DNA of 63,680 bases, counting the filler, from Dicyema japonicum (lineage: Eukaryota > Animalia > Dicyemida), in NCBI GenBank assembly GCA_011109175.1. It is 7 parts of 7 records of this genome, joined end to end, with 100 filler letters (N's around TTAATTAATTAA, not from the genome) between each part and the next. Parts side by side here need not be neighbours in the genome. Positions count along the whole stretch, not along the records: positions 1 to 31,672 come from RDEW01000109.1; 6 more parts are not named here. One strand, written 5' to 3'. Of the stretch, positions 1-13,834 are shown in pieces; position 1 is the stretch's first letter; each line of letters begins with the position of its first letter. The position numbers were made by a program, and so were the translations under genes. The notes under the pieces are model-generated. The model ran no database searches. It was not told the origin of the DNA and saw only the letters and a list, made by a program, of their open reading frames with translations.

Positions 1-9
1 TGTCTGCGG

Positions 10-300
10 TTAGTGGTGGATGTTCTCAATAAGTAATGCGAAAGTTAGGTGGTTTAGGTCAAACGATTGTCTGAGATATTGTAAGCTCCTCATTTCAAGA
101 TGGGGATCTAAAGGCAGGGTTTTCGACTTCCAGTGTAGGTAACCAATGGGAGATGATTTTGAAGTGCCCGTTACCGCTCTCAGTGCTGAATTCTGGATCT
201 GCTGCATATTTTGTAGGAGGGAAAGTGACATATTATTGAGCCCAGTTTTAAGATGGATAATTCAGTGTCGTCTTGATGAATTGTTTGTACAGGAGCGGTA
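10..300 (-). mobile_element. 3' fragment of a non-LTR retrotransposon ORF (post-RT region)
   Basis: Translation LYKQFIK...LQNMQQIQNSALRAVTG..S.PIGYLH...K.LPL matches the conserved post-RT segment of APE-type LINEs. It is interrupted by stops. Confidence 0.6.
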
Positions 301-1253
301 GACTCTTTTTGTTGGTCGTTCGAGTGAACAGCTACTGCTCGAAGCATGTTTGATGTCCTCTTTGCTTTATGGGAATTGACTCACCTATGGTAATTTAAAA
401 ATTAGTGATATTATTATTTATTCATTATTTTTTTAAATAAATAACAGTGATATTCATAGTGCCCATTTGACATGGTTACAACATTCACATGATCGCAAAT
501 GTGCCGGAACACAGTCTGAACACCAGTAAAGGATGTAAAGGCTACTGAGGGAGGCCGCATCACCTGAATTTTCTCATTCTGGCTATGATGGTGGTTTTTG
601 GTTAATAAATTTAATTTAACACATGATGAAATACTGCTCACATACGTGCAGGCTACACACACGTTGTCTAATTAATAACTAATTCAGAGAATGACTAACA
701 CTACTCCCATCTCTTACCCAAGCAACATTTATGGTATACAGTCATCCACACAGGTTACTTTAACCCAGTAAACAACAGCGGTAACTTTTCTTTATTGCAT
801 GATTACACAAAAGCTCACATGTGATTTGACTGCAAAATCAAAACCACAAAATTAATTCATCAGAAAATATTCAAAATAAAAAAATCTAGTTTTTTATTAT
901 CATTTCTTTGTCATCAAAATAGTTGATTGGTTCAGGTAATCCAAAATAACAAGATGAGACTGTTTGCGTATCCAGTGGAAGATTTGCACTCAATTAGGTC
1001 CAGAATTCGACATTCTGGCAATAAAATTAACAACCCCCTGTTTCATTATTCAATGCCTCCCAAGAACGAAAGGTTCCACCGTGAAGACACAAGTGTACTC
1101 AAAACTAGACTACATTTTACCAGAGCAGCGTTAATCACTAAGCTAGCTGGCACTGTAAGGCTAAATTCATAGGTAATCCCTATAAACGACTACTAACAAA
1201 TCCTTTAAATCGAGGATTAGAAAGTTAGCAACCAAGAAAGAAACTGTTAGCAG

Positions 1254-2667
1254 TTAAATTAAGATGAGGATCAGCAGGCAAATAAAAGCCAGTGGATATG
1301 ATAGCTCAAATCTATGTTGGATGCCCTTGCTGTGACTCGTAGCATTATACTTTATGTGACAAAATATGCTACCTTCTTTAGCCCCAACCCTTCATGCACA
1401 GCAGCAATCAGGGGACTTTCCCCATTGTTGCACTCATTTCCAGAAAAATCGTCATAATCCAACGTCCAGACGAACATCCCAGCTAGTCCTTTACTTTCCA
1501 CGTAATTTGCCTTATTTTAGTTAACCTTATACCTTCTCCCGAATGCTCTGAGGGGTTTCATACCCAACCAATAATAGTCCTTAACTCCATGTGCGGCTTT
1601 TTGTGTGTCGTTCCATACATTCCGGTAGTCCTCGTTGCAGTACTAAAATAAACTCTGTTTGATACTTCAAAGTAAGCCAATTTCCCGCGAAGATGTAGAA
1701 TGCTTCCTGGGGCAGTCGTGTCGACCACGAGTCCCCTATTTGTGGATTCTTGGTGGTAGTTTTGTATCCGCGAGCATAAGTTGGAACTCCAATAACAATT
1801 TTGGACAGAGGAGCCCCGTTGGAGTTCCAATATTCGACAGAAGAGTCCTTAGATATTTTATGGTTGATACAGCACACAGTTGGTCATCACTGTTGAGGCA
1901 AAAGAGCCCGGAAGGATGGCGAACGACTTTCGAAGACTCGTTGTAGTAGTTATAAGTCTTAATGTTAATGTAGTCGAGGTATCTTCTATCACGGATAATA
2001 CGGCTACTTGGAGATATTCCGGATCTCATACAGCCTCGTAGAATTGTTTGCTGAAACAAACGCAGTCAGCAAATATGTCCCCGAACTGTCCCTTTTGAAT
2101 TCCTCACTCAGAGTCTCCGAGTTATTCCAATTTTACCTTTAAAAGAGCGTATAAATTGTCTTGTTTTCTCGGATACTCCCAGTTTATGTCCAATCCGTCG
2201 AAATTGTATTTCTTCAAATATTCCCTTGCGTTTGAGGCGAATAGTGCTCTGTTTGTCTCATTCTTTAATTTTCTGATAAGTTCGTCGTTCCCCCGAATCG
2301 AGAGCAGGACTTTTAGGTCAGAATTCTTATTCTTCAGTGAAGTGACCTTGTTGTAGTTGTCAAATCCAACTATCTTATAAATGTTTGCATACTCGCAAGG
2401 TCAGACTGGGGATTACTCGAGAGGAGGGTAAGGGTATCTGGTCTAATATTCGCGAAGGCGTATATTATGTGGGTGCAGAGATGGGGGTTCATATTATCGG
2501 CCACATACTTTTCCCGGGTCTGTAAATAGCCCAGTTTGTGTAGTAACAGAATAATGCATTGCCTAAATGAAAAATACTGTGAACTCTTCTCAGCCGTGGT
2601 GTTGGATAGTTGAATCTACAATTGTTTTACAAAATTACAGAAAATAAAATCAAATAAAAAATAGCAT
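1254..2667 (-). pseudogene. GH18 chitinase-like gene, copy 1 (several frameshifts)
   Basis: Same exon/micro-intron layout as copies 2 and 3, but with a 4-bp deletion near 2510, 1-bp deletions near 1563, 1728 and 2660, and a 6-bp deletion near 2048. Confidence 0.8.
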
Positions 2668-3782
2668 CTAAATAGCATAAAAAACAATTTTATTTCAAAA
2701 TTGGTTAACCAACATAGAAATTTACAGACAAAAATCACTAAAGACGCACTTGAAGCTCAAAATTAACTTATGAACCGGGAAAATGCTAAGAAAAATAACT
2801 TCTATAAGTTCTGAATGAAGAGAGTCCAAAATCAACGAGAATTGCCAAATAGATAGCAGGTTTATTACTTTATCAAACAAGTTGAGGTTTAGGACTGTCG
2901 GAGGTATGACCTTCTTGCAAGAGAGTTCTCTCTTTTCTACAACTGTAAGTAAAGACTAGTCTGCAGGTGGAGTCGTCTGATAATGCTCCAAGAATTATGT
3001 GATTGGTTATCCGTCGATAAGCTACAAGGGCTTACATCGGATCAGTCGTGTTGAAGAGAACTCTTGAAAGTATGGTGGCTGTGCACAATCACGGGATTGA
3101 GATCATTGATGAAGATTTCATTTGTGCTTCAAACCAACTTTTGGAGCAGGAATCTGCTAATTGTGAGGACATGACTGATTCTAATGTGGAAAAAAGGATA
3201 AGGATGACTTCATAAACTTTGAATTTTTTAGTCGTGAGAGCGAAGTAGAGTACTAGTGGCTTAGTGATTGTAGTTTGAAGTGGTCGATCTTATTTAGATT
3301 TGATTTAGACAGGTAAATTATAAATAAATATAGATCTTTTCCACAGAAAACCACAACTTACTGAAGGAAATAAATTTTAATAAATCAGAAAACCACAACT
3401 TACTGAAGGAAATAAATTTTAATCAGAATTACTGAATATTTTGTCAATAATTTCAAAATGTCAATATTTCGTCATAATAAAAAATTCAAATATCTAACAA
3501 ATAGTAAGCGGTTTAAAAAGTTTGTGCTATGTGGTTTATTAATTGAATTTTCATGCTAACGTGACGGAAGTGGTTTCTGTATGTTAATTTCATCATAGTT
3601 TATGATATTTTCAGATATTTTGATTAGACAGAGCATGTGGATTCATGTTATCGGCATCAGTCCTTGATTTCTTTTACATTCACTAATACTTATTCTGACC
3701 CATAGGCTGGCATCAAACTTGATTTAAAGAAGGAGTCGAAAGTAGTGGCTCACAAATAAAGGTTATTATATTGTGGCATCAG

Positions 3783-5850
3783 CTACCTGATAAATTCTCT
3801 GTACAGATAAGAGGCAATAGTCGTAAACTTGCTCCCAAGCAGGTGGAGAAGGTTAAAGGAAGAGTTCTCGATTACTTCACGTTCCACACAATTGCTGTCA
3901 TGACAACTGGAGTGATAATATGAGTCTCTGTCTTCATGAGTGGGACATCTGGCCACACTCAGAACCCGTAAAATCTGAGAACCAAGGAATACTTGCAATG
4001 GATCTCAATAGCCATTGCAAGAGGTGACACTGCGTCGGGGATAACTAATCAACACAACTTCCGATTACTTGATGATGGCAATTCCAAGGACCTGAGAGAA
4101 CCATTAAAGTAAACTGGGTCTAAGAGTCTCGTCGCTATTGCACTCCCAATTCATCGATAACTCCTTCAATTTTCTAACCGTTCCAGAGGTTTTGAAGGCG
4201 ATCGGGATGAAACGGTAGCGATCTCTGACAGCTGAGTGTTGATGCACGTCAGATTTTAGAATAGAGATCTCCCATGTGAAAATGGTAATTTCGTACGGTC
4301 TCTTCTTATCTCCGCTATCAAGTCTCTAGTTAAACGAGCAGTTCCTGCATATGAATTGAATACATACCTGAAGGTATCCGCATATGGAATGGTAAGGTTG
4401 CAAAGGCTAGATTAGTGGTTATGACCAAACTCCCAGTAGTAAATTCCGATATATTTGAATCAAGGAGTATTTCCAAATCTAATTATGCTCAAGAATTAAT
4501 GAAGTGAATAATTTAGTTTTGTTACAAGAAATAACTAAAGAATGTACTTAACGTTGATTCAGTAATCGGTCGGGAAAAGGCATACCAATATCCCATAGTA
4601 TTAACAAGACAGAAAAAGATCATTCCTTTTATTTTAGATGAAGTGGCCTCTAAGTTCAAGGGGTTAAAACAGTTTTAATGACTAGCAATAACTCCCAGGA
4701 ATATAGAGGATGCAATAGTATGGAAATAATGTATATAAGGAAGAAAGACTACAAATATTGTGAGGCATTAAGATAAAAATAGTACAGTAAACTGAATTAC
4801 AGTTGTAATTTGATGTCAATTCGTATGTCTGAACTGTGAGCGAAGAGCATACCTGAAGGTATTCACTATAACATTTGTTCATGGAGTTGTATTTCACAAA
4901 GAATTAAAAATTGATATGTTAATTATTGAATGTCGTAGATTATTCAAAATCAGTAAGGAATTAATTAAACTGAATAAATTAACAAACTCTTATTAACCAA
5001 ATCCTTATATCCTATAGTCAACTACCATTATCTGCCACAAATACCAAGCAGGTTGTTTGGGTCTGATATTTTACTACAAACTGAAATAATATTTATAATT
5101 ACGTAAACGACTGGCCGGTTGGTTGTCCATACTAATTATATTAATATCACACAAATACATTTCACCATTTCGGTTGATTTTAATCGTATTCCCTTCGATA
5201 GATTTATGTCTAAGCTATACATGACTTTATACGCTTTTGGTATGCCCATAGCATCAACACACAATATGTCGACACTAATTTAATATTAAAAATACTTATG
5301 TAATGCAACAGAATCAGAAATCGTCATAAATAATTGTACTGTTGATGAAATAGGAAAATCACTATAAATTAATAAAATAACTTACACAGCATAGAGCCTC
5401 TCCATTAAAATTGCAAAGTCTGTGCTAATATACATTAATTTGAAACATTCGGCGAGATATCTATCATTTTCAAAATATAATACAAATATTCACTACTGAG
5501 TGGTAGAGTAGTAGAAGTGATGACTTTAATGATATGATCAACCTTACACGCACTATAATGATTAATATTGTAATACAAAAATTTAGCATTTAGCATTTGA
5601 AGTGAAAAAATAGCTCCATCGGGTACACTAATGTTCTCAGCATAAACGAAATTTATTTGTTCTCTGTAGGTGAGATCTTCAAATACACAGTGCTCCAAAT
5701 ATCTGTGAATGATTTTGAATAATACAAATTGTTATCCGTGATAATTTTAGAGTTACACCCTTCCATCATTTTTGAGCAGTGAAAAACTGCTATGAAGATA
5801 ATGAGATTGTACATACAAAATCATATAAATTTAAGAGATCTGCGCATATA
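3783..5850 (-). CDS. Putative micro-intron gene or pseudogene: Cys-rich/LRR-like N-terminal part with hydrophobic C-terminal segments (copy 1)
   Basis: Consecutive 21-24-nt GT-AG introns give a continuous frame YLEHCVFEDL...TLPLSSEYLYLAECFKLMYISTDFAILMERLYAVDFP...DILCVDAMGIPKAY. The 3' half and both ends could not be resolved. Confidence 0.55.
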
Positions 5851-5982
5851 AACCTGTAAATTAATTCAAATTTATTTTAAAATGAATTAATTCAAATTTA
5901 TAAATTAATTCAAATTTATTTTAAATTTAACTAAAATCTCTTCCTTATTTAACTTAACCATATGTTTTCTTATAGTTTCGAT

Positions 5983-8309
5983 GTTTGTTGCAGCGTGGTG
6001 TTATGTGGTCCACCAATTCAAAAAAATCAAAAGGATCAAGATTGGCTATCCACGAGTAGATAATCATATGTGGAGATTTAAACGCAAAGCACCCATTATG
6101 GTTGTCAACCCAACAGCCCGACACGAGAGGGAATCTTTGTTATTGAAATCGGACGCCCTACGATACTGAATGATCCAGCGAAAAATATAAGGACCCCACT
6201 CAGAGAGACGGATCTACCTCACCGGATGTAACATTCTGCTCATCGTCGCTTTCATCAATAATTGATTGGTCAGTCCTCTACGAAACAAGAAGCGACCATA
6301 ATCCAATTGTGATGAAGGTCATGAGAGAAGTCAGAGTGAGGAGAACACCTGCTAGTTATAACTACAAAGCTGCTAATTGGGAATTGTATCGCGCAATCTC
6401 TGATGATAGGCTGAAGAATTGTTACTTGGACAGCTTCAAATCGCTAGAAAAAGGGATCAAATACTTTACTTTCACAATCCTAGAAGCAAGATCATTGGCT
6501 ATTCCCGAGCATCGTCTAAATTCCTTTAATGGTCGAGGAAGTCGGCATTGATCAAAGAAAGAAATCACCTCAAAAAAATCTTATTGGATTACATTAGAAA
6601 CGAAACTCCGGGTCAGAGCCCTAAACAACGAAATAAAGACCAGAGTTCAAGGCCCATAAATTGAAGTGTAATCGGATTCTTACAAAGGTACCGTAGTACC
6701 GGAGAAGTGTGGAAAGCCATCCGAAATGTTGCAAAGGACGAAGAAATTTCCCCCGAGGATGACTATACTCAACGAGACGTTAACAATTTGATAAAATTCT
6801 ACACAAAAATTTCGTACAAAAAACACAGAAAGTCGGAAGTGCTTCTCTCTTCACGGAGAAAACTGAAGAAGGATTCTGATTCAGTTTACTTCTCGAATGA
6901 AGACGTGAAGAATGCGCTGCGTTTTACAAGAACAACGTACTCTGCTGGTCCCGACAACATTCCAGTAGTGTTATTGAAGAACCTTGGAGATATGGGAGTC
7001 GGTTTTCTAACGTCGATTTTCAACTATTCAGTTAATTGTAATCTAATACCCCGTTGTTATGGAAGCAAGCCAACATCCGACCTATACTGAAACCTGGAAA
7101 ACCTAAAGAAGATCCGGCATCATTTAGATTTGTGTCATTGTTATGTTCCGTATCGAAAATCCTTGAGAGGCTTGTGCTTGGGAGAATCAAGGCCTTTTAA
7201 CAGAAAAGGATTTTCAACACGGATTCAAGAGCGATGGTCCTACATCAACGTACCTACAGAAATTAACCAATTTTATTAGAGATGGATTTTCAAACAAACC
7301 AAGGCATTTGAAAACAGTCTTATGTTCCATTGACAAGGCCTTTGATTCTATTTCGAGAAAAATATTATCAAAGAAAATTTTCCAGTCGGAGATCCCGGGG
7401 AAGCTTAAACTTTGGAAAACAAATTTCTTAAGTGAACGGAGGGGGACGTGTATGCCTCGGGGGACTGAAATCAGTCTCGCGTCTTCTCCCAAACGGTGTA
7501 CCCCAAGGATCTCTTTTATCCCCCGCCGTATTCAATTTATACCTGGCCGACCTCCCGACACCGGAATCTAATAACGATGTTCTACTCTCATATGCGGACG
7601 ACATTGTTTTGGCCTCGCGTGATCGGGATATCCAAAATGCTACAGAAAGATTACAAATTAACCTGGACCGACTCAACGCCTGGGTAATGAAGAACCGACT
7701 CACGATAAATTCCAGAAAGTCGGTCACGTCTATGTTTACTTCGGACAAAAGGTTGGGGAAGATGACTGTCAAGTTAAAATTGGACAACGTTGAAATCCTC
7801 TTCAGCAAATGTCAGAAGATCCTGGGCGTGACACTGGATACTCACTTATGTTTGTCACCACACGTGACAAACATTGTTCTGAAGTGCGAGAAGAGGATCA
7901 ATGAATTAAAATGTTTATCTGGAATTTGGAAGACAGGTACCCACCCGGTCTTGATGAACATTTACAAACAATACATCGAACCATGCTTCTCGTACGCGTG
8001 TGCTTCATGGAGACCTTCATTATCATGGACGAACACTAAGAAAATTTAGGACATTCAAAAGAAGGCTTTCAGAATGACGGAGCGGTGGTCTTGTGGGAGA
8101 CACAGAACCGGACCGACTACTCTGGAGGCTCTCATTAAACAAAACTCCGGCATGCGGGAAGGTGACCCTGCAAATACAGTCAGCCGCCCAGTACGAGCTT
8201 GTGTGGGTACGAGGGAGGAGCATCGGGAAAGAATGAGGATTTTGGTGGAACGCATCGGGATCACGTGATAGTTAGTTTTGGTTTTACCTTGGTCTTGGGT
8301 GTTAAATAA
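5983..8309 (+). mobile_element. LINE family A, 5'-truncated and frameshifted (APE C-terminal half + RT); TSD ATAGTTTCGAT
   Basis: CGDLNAKHPLW, SPDVT..SDHNPI, SIDKAFDSI, GVPQGSLLSP and SYADDI motifs. Ends ...ERIGIT*, a short 3' UTR and a TAAA tail. 11-bp direct repeat at 5972-5982 and 8310-8320. Confidence 0.92.
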
Positions 8310-8360
8310 ATAGTTTCGATATTGATTATATTATTAAACGTGGTCTATAAGCCGCTGATT

Positions 8361-11300
8361 TCCCTTCAGTCATCGTTCGATGGGACTGACCGAGATGAGA
8401 TGGGAGAAGACCAGGGGAGTTGACAATCTTCATAATTACAAATTGACATTTTCTCGTATGGGATATCACTTGTGTTGATACGTTGCGACAAATACAACCT
8501 CAGACTGCCTGCTACTGAATCTGCCGAACAGAGGAAGCTGGATGAATATTCTACGCTTAGGAAAGGTTTCTGTATTGTCTCTATCATGCCTGGGTGTGAC
8601 CTTTACTATCAGCTGAGTTCTATGAACGGTCACCCATTCCAAAATGGAACGAAAAGAGCCAACAGCTTCTCCCCACCGTCTGGTGGTCCTTTCATCCCCT
8701 GTGTCTTCGACCCTGTCTGGTGTCCCCATTTATCCAGACTTTTGATTCTTCTATGTGGGGACGTCGAAACCAATCCTGGTCCATGGAGAGGTTTTACAAT
8801 TATACAACTGAATACGAATGGGATCAGGAAGAAAATCTTTGAACTCCGGGCACTCCTCCGCGAAAATGAGGCTGACCTCGCTTTAATACAGGAGTCCAAG
8901 CTATCTCCCTCCATACCAACACCCTCTTTTCCCGGATACACAGTGATCCGTAAAGATCGTCAGGGAGGACGCGGAGGAGGACTACTTACTATTATAAAGA
9001 ACGATATTCTTTTTATGGATACAACCCAACGAACCTCGGAGCTTCTTGGCTCCGACAAGACTTTGGAGCAGATTACTGTCAAAATCGAGTTATTCCCATC
9101 CTTTTGGATCCATTTGGCTAATATATATATTCCTCCACAAGGATCGTGTCCGTCATCTTACACCCCTGATTTATCACGCATTTCAACGTTGAAAAATCTA
9201 CTGTTATGTGGGGATCTTAATGCACGACATCCCGTTTGGCTCACTTCCCAATCCTCTGATAACCGAGGAGAACTCATTGCAAATTATCTTCCTGACCTGA
9301 TTATACTGAACAACCCTAACTCACATACGAGGACCCCATTAAGGATAACTGATAGCTGCACATCCCCCGACTTAACATTATGCTCACCTTCTCTGGCTGG
9401 ACTCATTTCCTGGAACGTCTTTTACGGCTTCCCCAGTGACCACAATCCAATCCTTCTAAAATTGAGAGGTCTTCGACGATACAGGAGACGGTCGGCGGAA
9501 TCAAAAAGATTCAAGGATTATACGAAGGTTGACTGGTCTGGTTTCAGTAACCTTGTGGATAAATTCTTGGCCGGGAGATTATCCTTCCCAATACGCTCTA
9601 TTGACGAGGCCGCAGAAATTATCAGCGCTGCCATTCAGAAAGCTGACCATATTTTTATTCCTATATCGTCATACAAGAAGTTTATTCCTACCCTCAGCTC
9701 TTATACAATAAGTCTTATAAAACAAAGAGACCGGCTGAAGAGATGCCATCTGTTGGACATGAAGTCTTTGACAGCCCTCAGACAACTGAATAAAAGAATC
9801 TGTCAGAGCATAAAAGAACACAAGGACAAGAGATGGCAGCATCTAGTTAACCACCTCGACAGGAAAAGTACATCCCGACACTTCTGGAAAACTTTTAAAC
9901 AAGTCAAGTCGGAGCTGGACGATGCAGACGGAACCGGAAAGTCTTCTCCTGAACACTTATGCCACCTACATCCTAACATCCTTATGAAACATTACGCTGG
10001 AATTAGCTTCAAACCATTCTCGAAACACCTGGACATTAAGGTGCGTGCCCATAAACCGAAGAAGGAACCTTATCACGAACTATTCACAGATGACCAAGTC
10101 TTGGATGTGATCACCAGATTAAAGAGCTCACGGGCGTGCGGGCCTGACAAAGTATCTTCTATTCACCTAAAACACCTAAGCCACTACGCAATTGGCTACC
10201 TCACGCATATATACAATCTGTCCATTAACTATAATATTATTCCTAAGATTTGGAAGAATTCTATCATCAGACCGATATTGAAGGCTGGGAAACCAGAGAC
10301 AGAACCTGCATCCTACAGGCCTATTTCCGTTACCAGCACACTGTCAAAAATTATGGAGAAACTTGTATTATCGTCATTATTCCGTATCTTCCGCGTCCTA
10401 TATTTCAACATGGTTTCCTCCGCGGTAGGTCCACCGCTACATACTTGGCAACTTTATCCAGTTCATTGCCGACGGTTTTAACACCCATCCTCCGCCTCAC
10501 AAACGCACAATCTTGGTTTCTATTGACATCAACAAAGCCTTTGACACTGTTTCGAGGAAAATCTTGGTTGGAAAAATTTTTTCTACTAATATTCGTCCGA
10601 ATGTGAAATTATGGCTGGCCAACTTTTTGTCTGGAAGACGTGGAAGAGTAGTCAGTGGTGATCTCAGATCTAGATCACGATTACTACCGAACGGGGTACC
10701 CCAGGGGTCTCCACTTTCACCAATTCTATTCAACCTTTTCCTACACGACCTACCTAATGATGGAGACGAAGATTCCCTGTTATTATCCTACGCAGACGAC
10801 GTAGTCATTGCAATACGGAACCGCTCGACGCAAGTCGCATCCCTTAAAACTCAGACAAAATTGAACATTCTCCACGATTGGATTGCTGGCAATCGACTAA
10901 CGATTTCTGCAACCAAATCTATCTGTTCCACATTCACGTCGGACCGTCGTTCCAAGGATGAACCGAGTCTTTTCATTGGTCCCACTAGGATTCCAGTGAC
11001 AAAGTCCCCCATTGTCCTTGGAGTCAAGTACGACAGCCTTCTCAAATTCAACTCCCACGCAACAGACATGATCACCAGGGGCCTCCAGAAAGTTAACGTT
11101 ATACGCGCCCTTGTTCGGAGGACCACGAGGAACATGGACTTTTCCGTTTCTACACTCTACCAACAAACAATCGCGCCTGCCATTGAGTATGCCTCCGTTG
11201 CATGGAGATTCGGGCTATCGGAGTCTTTGGTCCAAAGAATCAACTCGATATACCGGAAAACAATCAGTATGCTTTCCCCACGTAATGGATCAACAGTCGA

Positions 11301-11609
11301 CCCACTACTCATGGAAGCTAAGATCCGTAGTCGTGGCTCCGGATTTCTTCGCCTCTGTGAGGAAGATGGAAATCCGCTTCGCCTAATCCTTCCCATGGCA
11401 AGAGAAAACCGATTGGATAAGAAATTCCCCTCCCCGATCGGATTCCTCTGCAAGACCGAGAGAAGGCTCTTCCGGAAAGTAGTGGGGACGATGGAGGATC
11501 ACAGACGTCGAATGGCACAAGTGATTGCGAGGACTGGGATCATCTAACTGTCTGACTCTTTGTCTTTATTTCTCGGTGTTCCCGGGGATATTAAAATAAA
11601 TAAAAAAAA
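8361..11609 (+). mobile_element. LINE family B copy 1: single ORF 2A-APE-RT, no RNase H seen (Ingi/Vingi-like architecture); two 1-bp deletions near 10373 and 10459
   Basis: ORFs 8472-10481 and 10513-11547 carry LLILLCGDVETNPGP, QLNTNG, IQESKL, GDLNARH, SDHNPI, YRPIS, DINKAFD, GVPQGS and YADD. A-rich tail at 11591-11609. The 5' boundary is approximate (8321-8361). Confidence 0.93.
8760..8783 (+). other. 2A-like ribosomal skipping (StopGo) motif DVETNPG/P
   Basis: Exact match to D-[V/I]-E-x-N-P-G-P, preceded by the hydrophobic run LSRLLILLCG and followed directly by the APE domain. Confidence 0.9.
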
Positions 11610-12408
11610 TTCATAGTGCCCATTTGACATGGTTACAACAGTCACATGATCGCAAATGTGCCGGAACACAGTCTGAACACCAGTAAAGGATGTGAAGGCT
11701 ACTGAGGGAGGCCGGATCACCTGAATTTTCTCATTCTGTCTATGATGGTGGTTTTTGGTTAATAAATTTAATTTAACACATGATGAAATACTGCACACAT
11801 ACGTGCAGGCTACGCACATTATCTAATTAATAACTAATTCAGAGAATGACTAACACTACTCCCATCTCTTACCCAAGCAACATTTATGGTATACAGTCAT
11901 CCACACAGGTTACTTTAACCCAGTAAACAACAGCGGTAACTTTTCTTTATTGCCTGATCGCATAAAAGCTTACATGTGATTTGACTGCAAAATCAAAACC
12001 ACAAAATTAATTCATCAGAAAATATTCAAAATAAAAAAATCTAGTTTTTTATCATCATTTCTCTGTCATCAAAATAGTTGATTGGTTCAGGTAATCCAAA
12101 ATAACAAGATGAGACTGTTTGCGTATCCAGTGGAATATTTGCACTCAATTAGGTCCAGAATTCGACATTCTGGCAATAAAATTAACAACCCCCTGTTTCA
12201 TTATTCAATGCCTCCCAAGAACGAAAGGTTCCACCGTGAAGACACAAGTGTACTCAAAACTAGACTACGTTTTACCAGAGCAGCGTTAATCACTAAGCTA
12301 GCTGGCACTGTAAGGCTAAATTCATCAGTAATCCCTATAAACGACTACTAACAAATCCTTTAAATCGAGGATTAGAAAGTTAGCAACCAAGAAAGAAACT
12401 GTTAGCAG

Positions 12409-13834
12409 TTAAATTAAGATGAGGATCAGCAGGCAAATAAAAGCCAGTGGATATGATAGCTCAAATCTATGTTGGATGCCCTTGCTGTGACTCGTAGCAT
12501 TATACTTTATGTGACAAAATATTCTACCTTCTTTAGCCCCAACCCTTCATGCACAGCAGCAATCAGGGGACTTTCCCCATTGTTGCACTCATTTCCAGAA
12601 AAATCGTCATAATCCAACGTCCAGACGAACATCCCAGCTAGTCCTTTACTTTCCACGTAATTTGCCTTATTTTAGTTAACCTTATACCTTCTCCCGAATG
12701 CTCTGAGGGGTTTCATACCCCAACCAATAATAGTCCTTAACTCCATGTGCGGCTTTTTGTGTGTCGTTCCATACATTCCGGTAGTCCTCGTTGCAGTACT
12801 AAAATAAACTCTGTTTGATACTTCAAAGTAAGCCAATTTCCCGCGAAGATGTAGAATGCTTCCTGGGGCAGTCGTGTCGACCACCGAGTCCCCTATTTGT
12901 GGATTCTTGGTGGTAGTTTTGTATCCGCGAGCATAAGTTGGAACTCCAATAACAATTTTGGACAGAGGAGCCCCGTTGGAGTTCCAATATTCGACAGAAG
13001 AGTCCTTAGATATTTTATGGTTAATACAGCACACAGTTGGTCATCACTGTTGAGGCAAAAGAGCCCGGAAGGATGGCGAACGACTTTCGAAGACTCGTTG
13101 TAGTAGTCATAAGTCTTAATGTTAATGTAGTCGAGGTATCTTCTATCACGGATAATACGGCTACTTGGAGATATTCCGGATCTCATACAGTTTCGTAGAA
13201 TTGTTTCTATTTGCTGAAACAAACGCAGTTAGCAAATATGTCCCCGAACTGTCCCTTTTGAATTCCTCACTCAGAGTCTCCGAGTTATTCCAATTTTACC
13301 TTTAAAAAGAGCGTATAAATTGTCTTGTTTCTCGGATACTCCCAGTTTATGTCCAATCCGTCGAAATTGTATTTCTTCAAATATTCCCTTGCGTTTGAGG
13401 CGAATAGTGCTCTGTTTGTCTCATTCTTTAATTTTCTGATAAGTTGGTCGTTCCCCCGAATCGAGAGCAGGACTTTTAGGTCAGAATTCTTATTCTTCAG
13501 TGAAGTGACCTTGTTGTAGTTGTCGAATCCAACTATCTTATAAATGTTTGCATACTCGCAAGGTCAGACTGGGGATTACTCGAGAGGAGGGTAAGGGTAT
13601 CTGGTCTAATATTCGCGAAGGCGTATATTATGTGGGTGCAGAGATGGGGGTTCATATTATCGGCCACATACTTTGCGTTCCCGGTCTGTAAATAGCCCAG
13701 TTTGTGTAGTAACAGAATAATGCATTGCCTAAATGAAAAATACTGTGAACTCTTCTCAGCCGTGGTGTTGGATAGTTGAATCTACTATTGTTTTACAAAA
13801 TTACAGAAAATAAAATCAAATAAAAAAATAGCAT
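12409..13834 (-). CDS. GH18 chitinase-like protein, copy 2; 10 exons, signal peptide and GPI-like tail (one 1-bp deletion at about 13683, possibly a sequencing error)
   Basis: Motifs FCYYTNW, HLCTHIIYAFA, FDGLDINWEYP, LDYINIKTYDY, KIVIGVPTYARG, WLGYETPQSIREKANYV and GLAGMFVWTLDYDDF join in frame once nine GT-AG introns of 22-23 nt are removed. Confidence 0.85.

Noticed and set aside
927-1197. 81-89-aa ORF repeated in each unit as a gene
   Set aside because: Conserved only because of the recent duplication. It faintly resembles a LINE C-terminus (NPL...KLAGT), which is too weak to call.
1558-2356. Reading the chitinase region as a long-dead, multiply frameshifted pseudogene from the ORF track
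   Set aside because: Most frame changes coincide with 22-23-nt GT-AG introns. Only copy 1 has multiple real-looking lesions.
5857-5927. AATTAATTCAAATTTA x3 as a CRISPR-like or regulatory array
   Set aside because: Low-complexity AT slippage repeat with no unique spacers, in a eukaryotic context.
8385-8410. Hammerhead ribozyme at the 5' end of B (CTGA..GATGAG)
   Set aside because: No CUGANGA/GAAA core with correctly placed stems.
7214-11518. Many antisense and alternative-frame ORFs over LINEs A and B
   Set aside because: Shadow ORFs of GC-richer RT coding sequence with no independent motifs.
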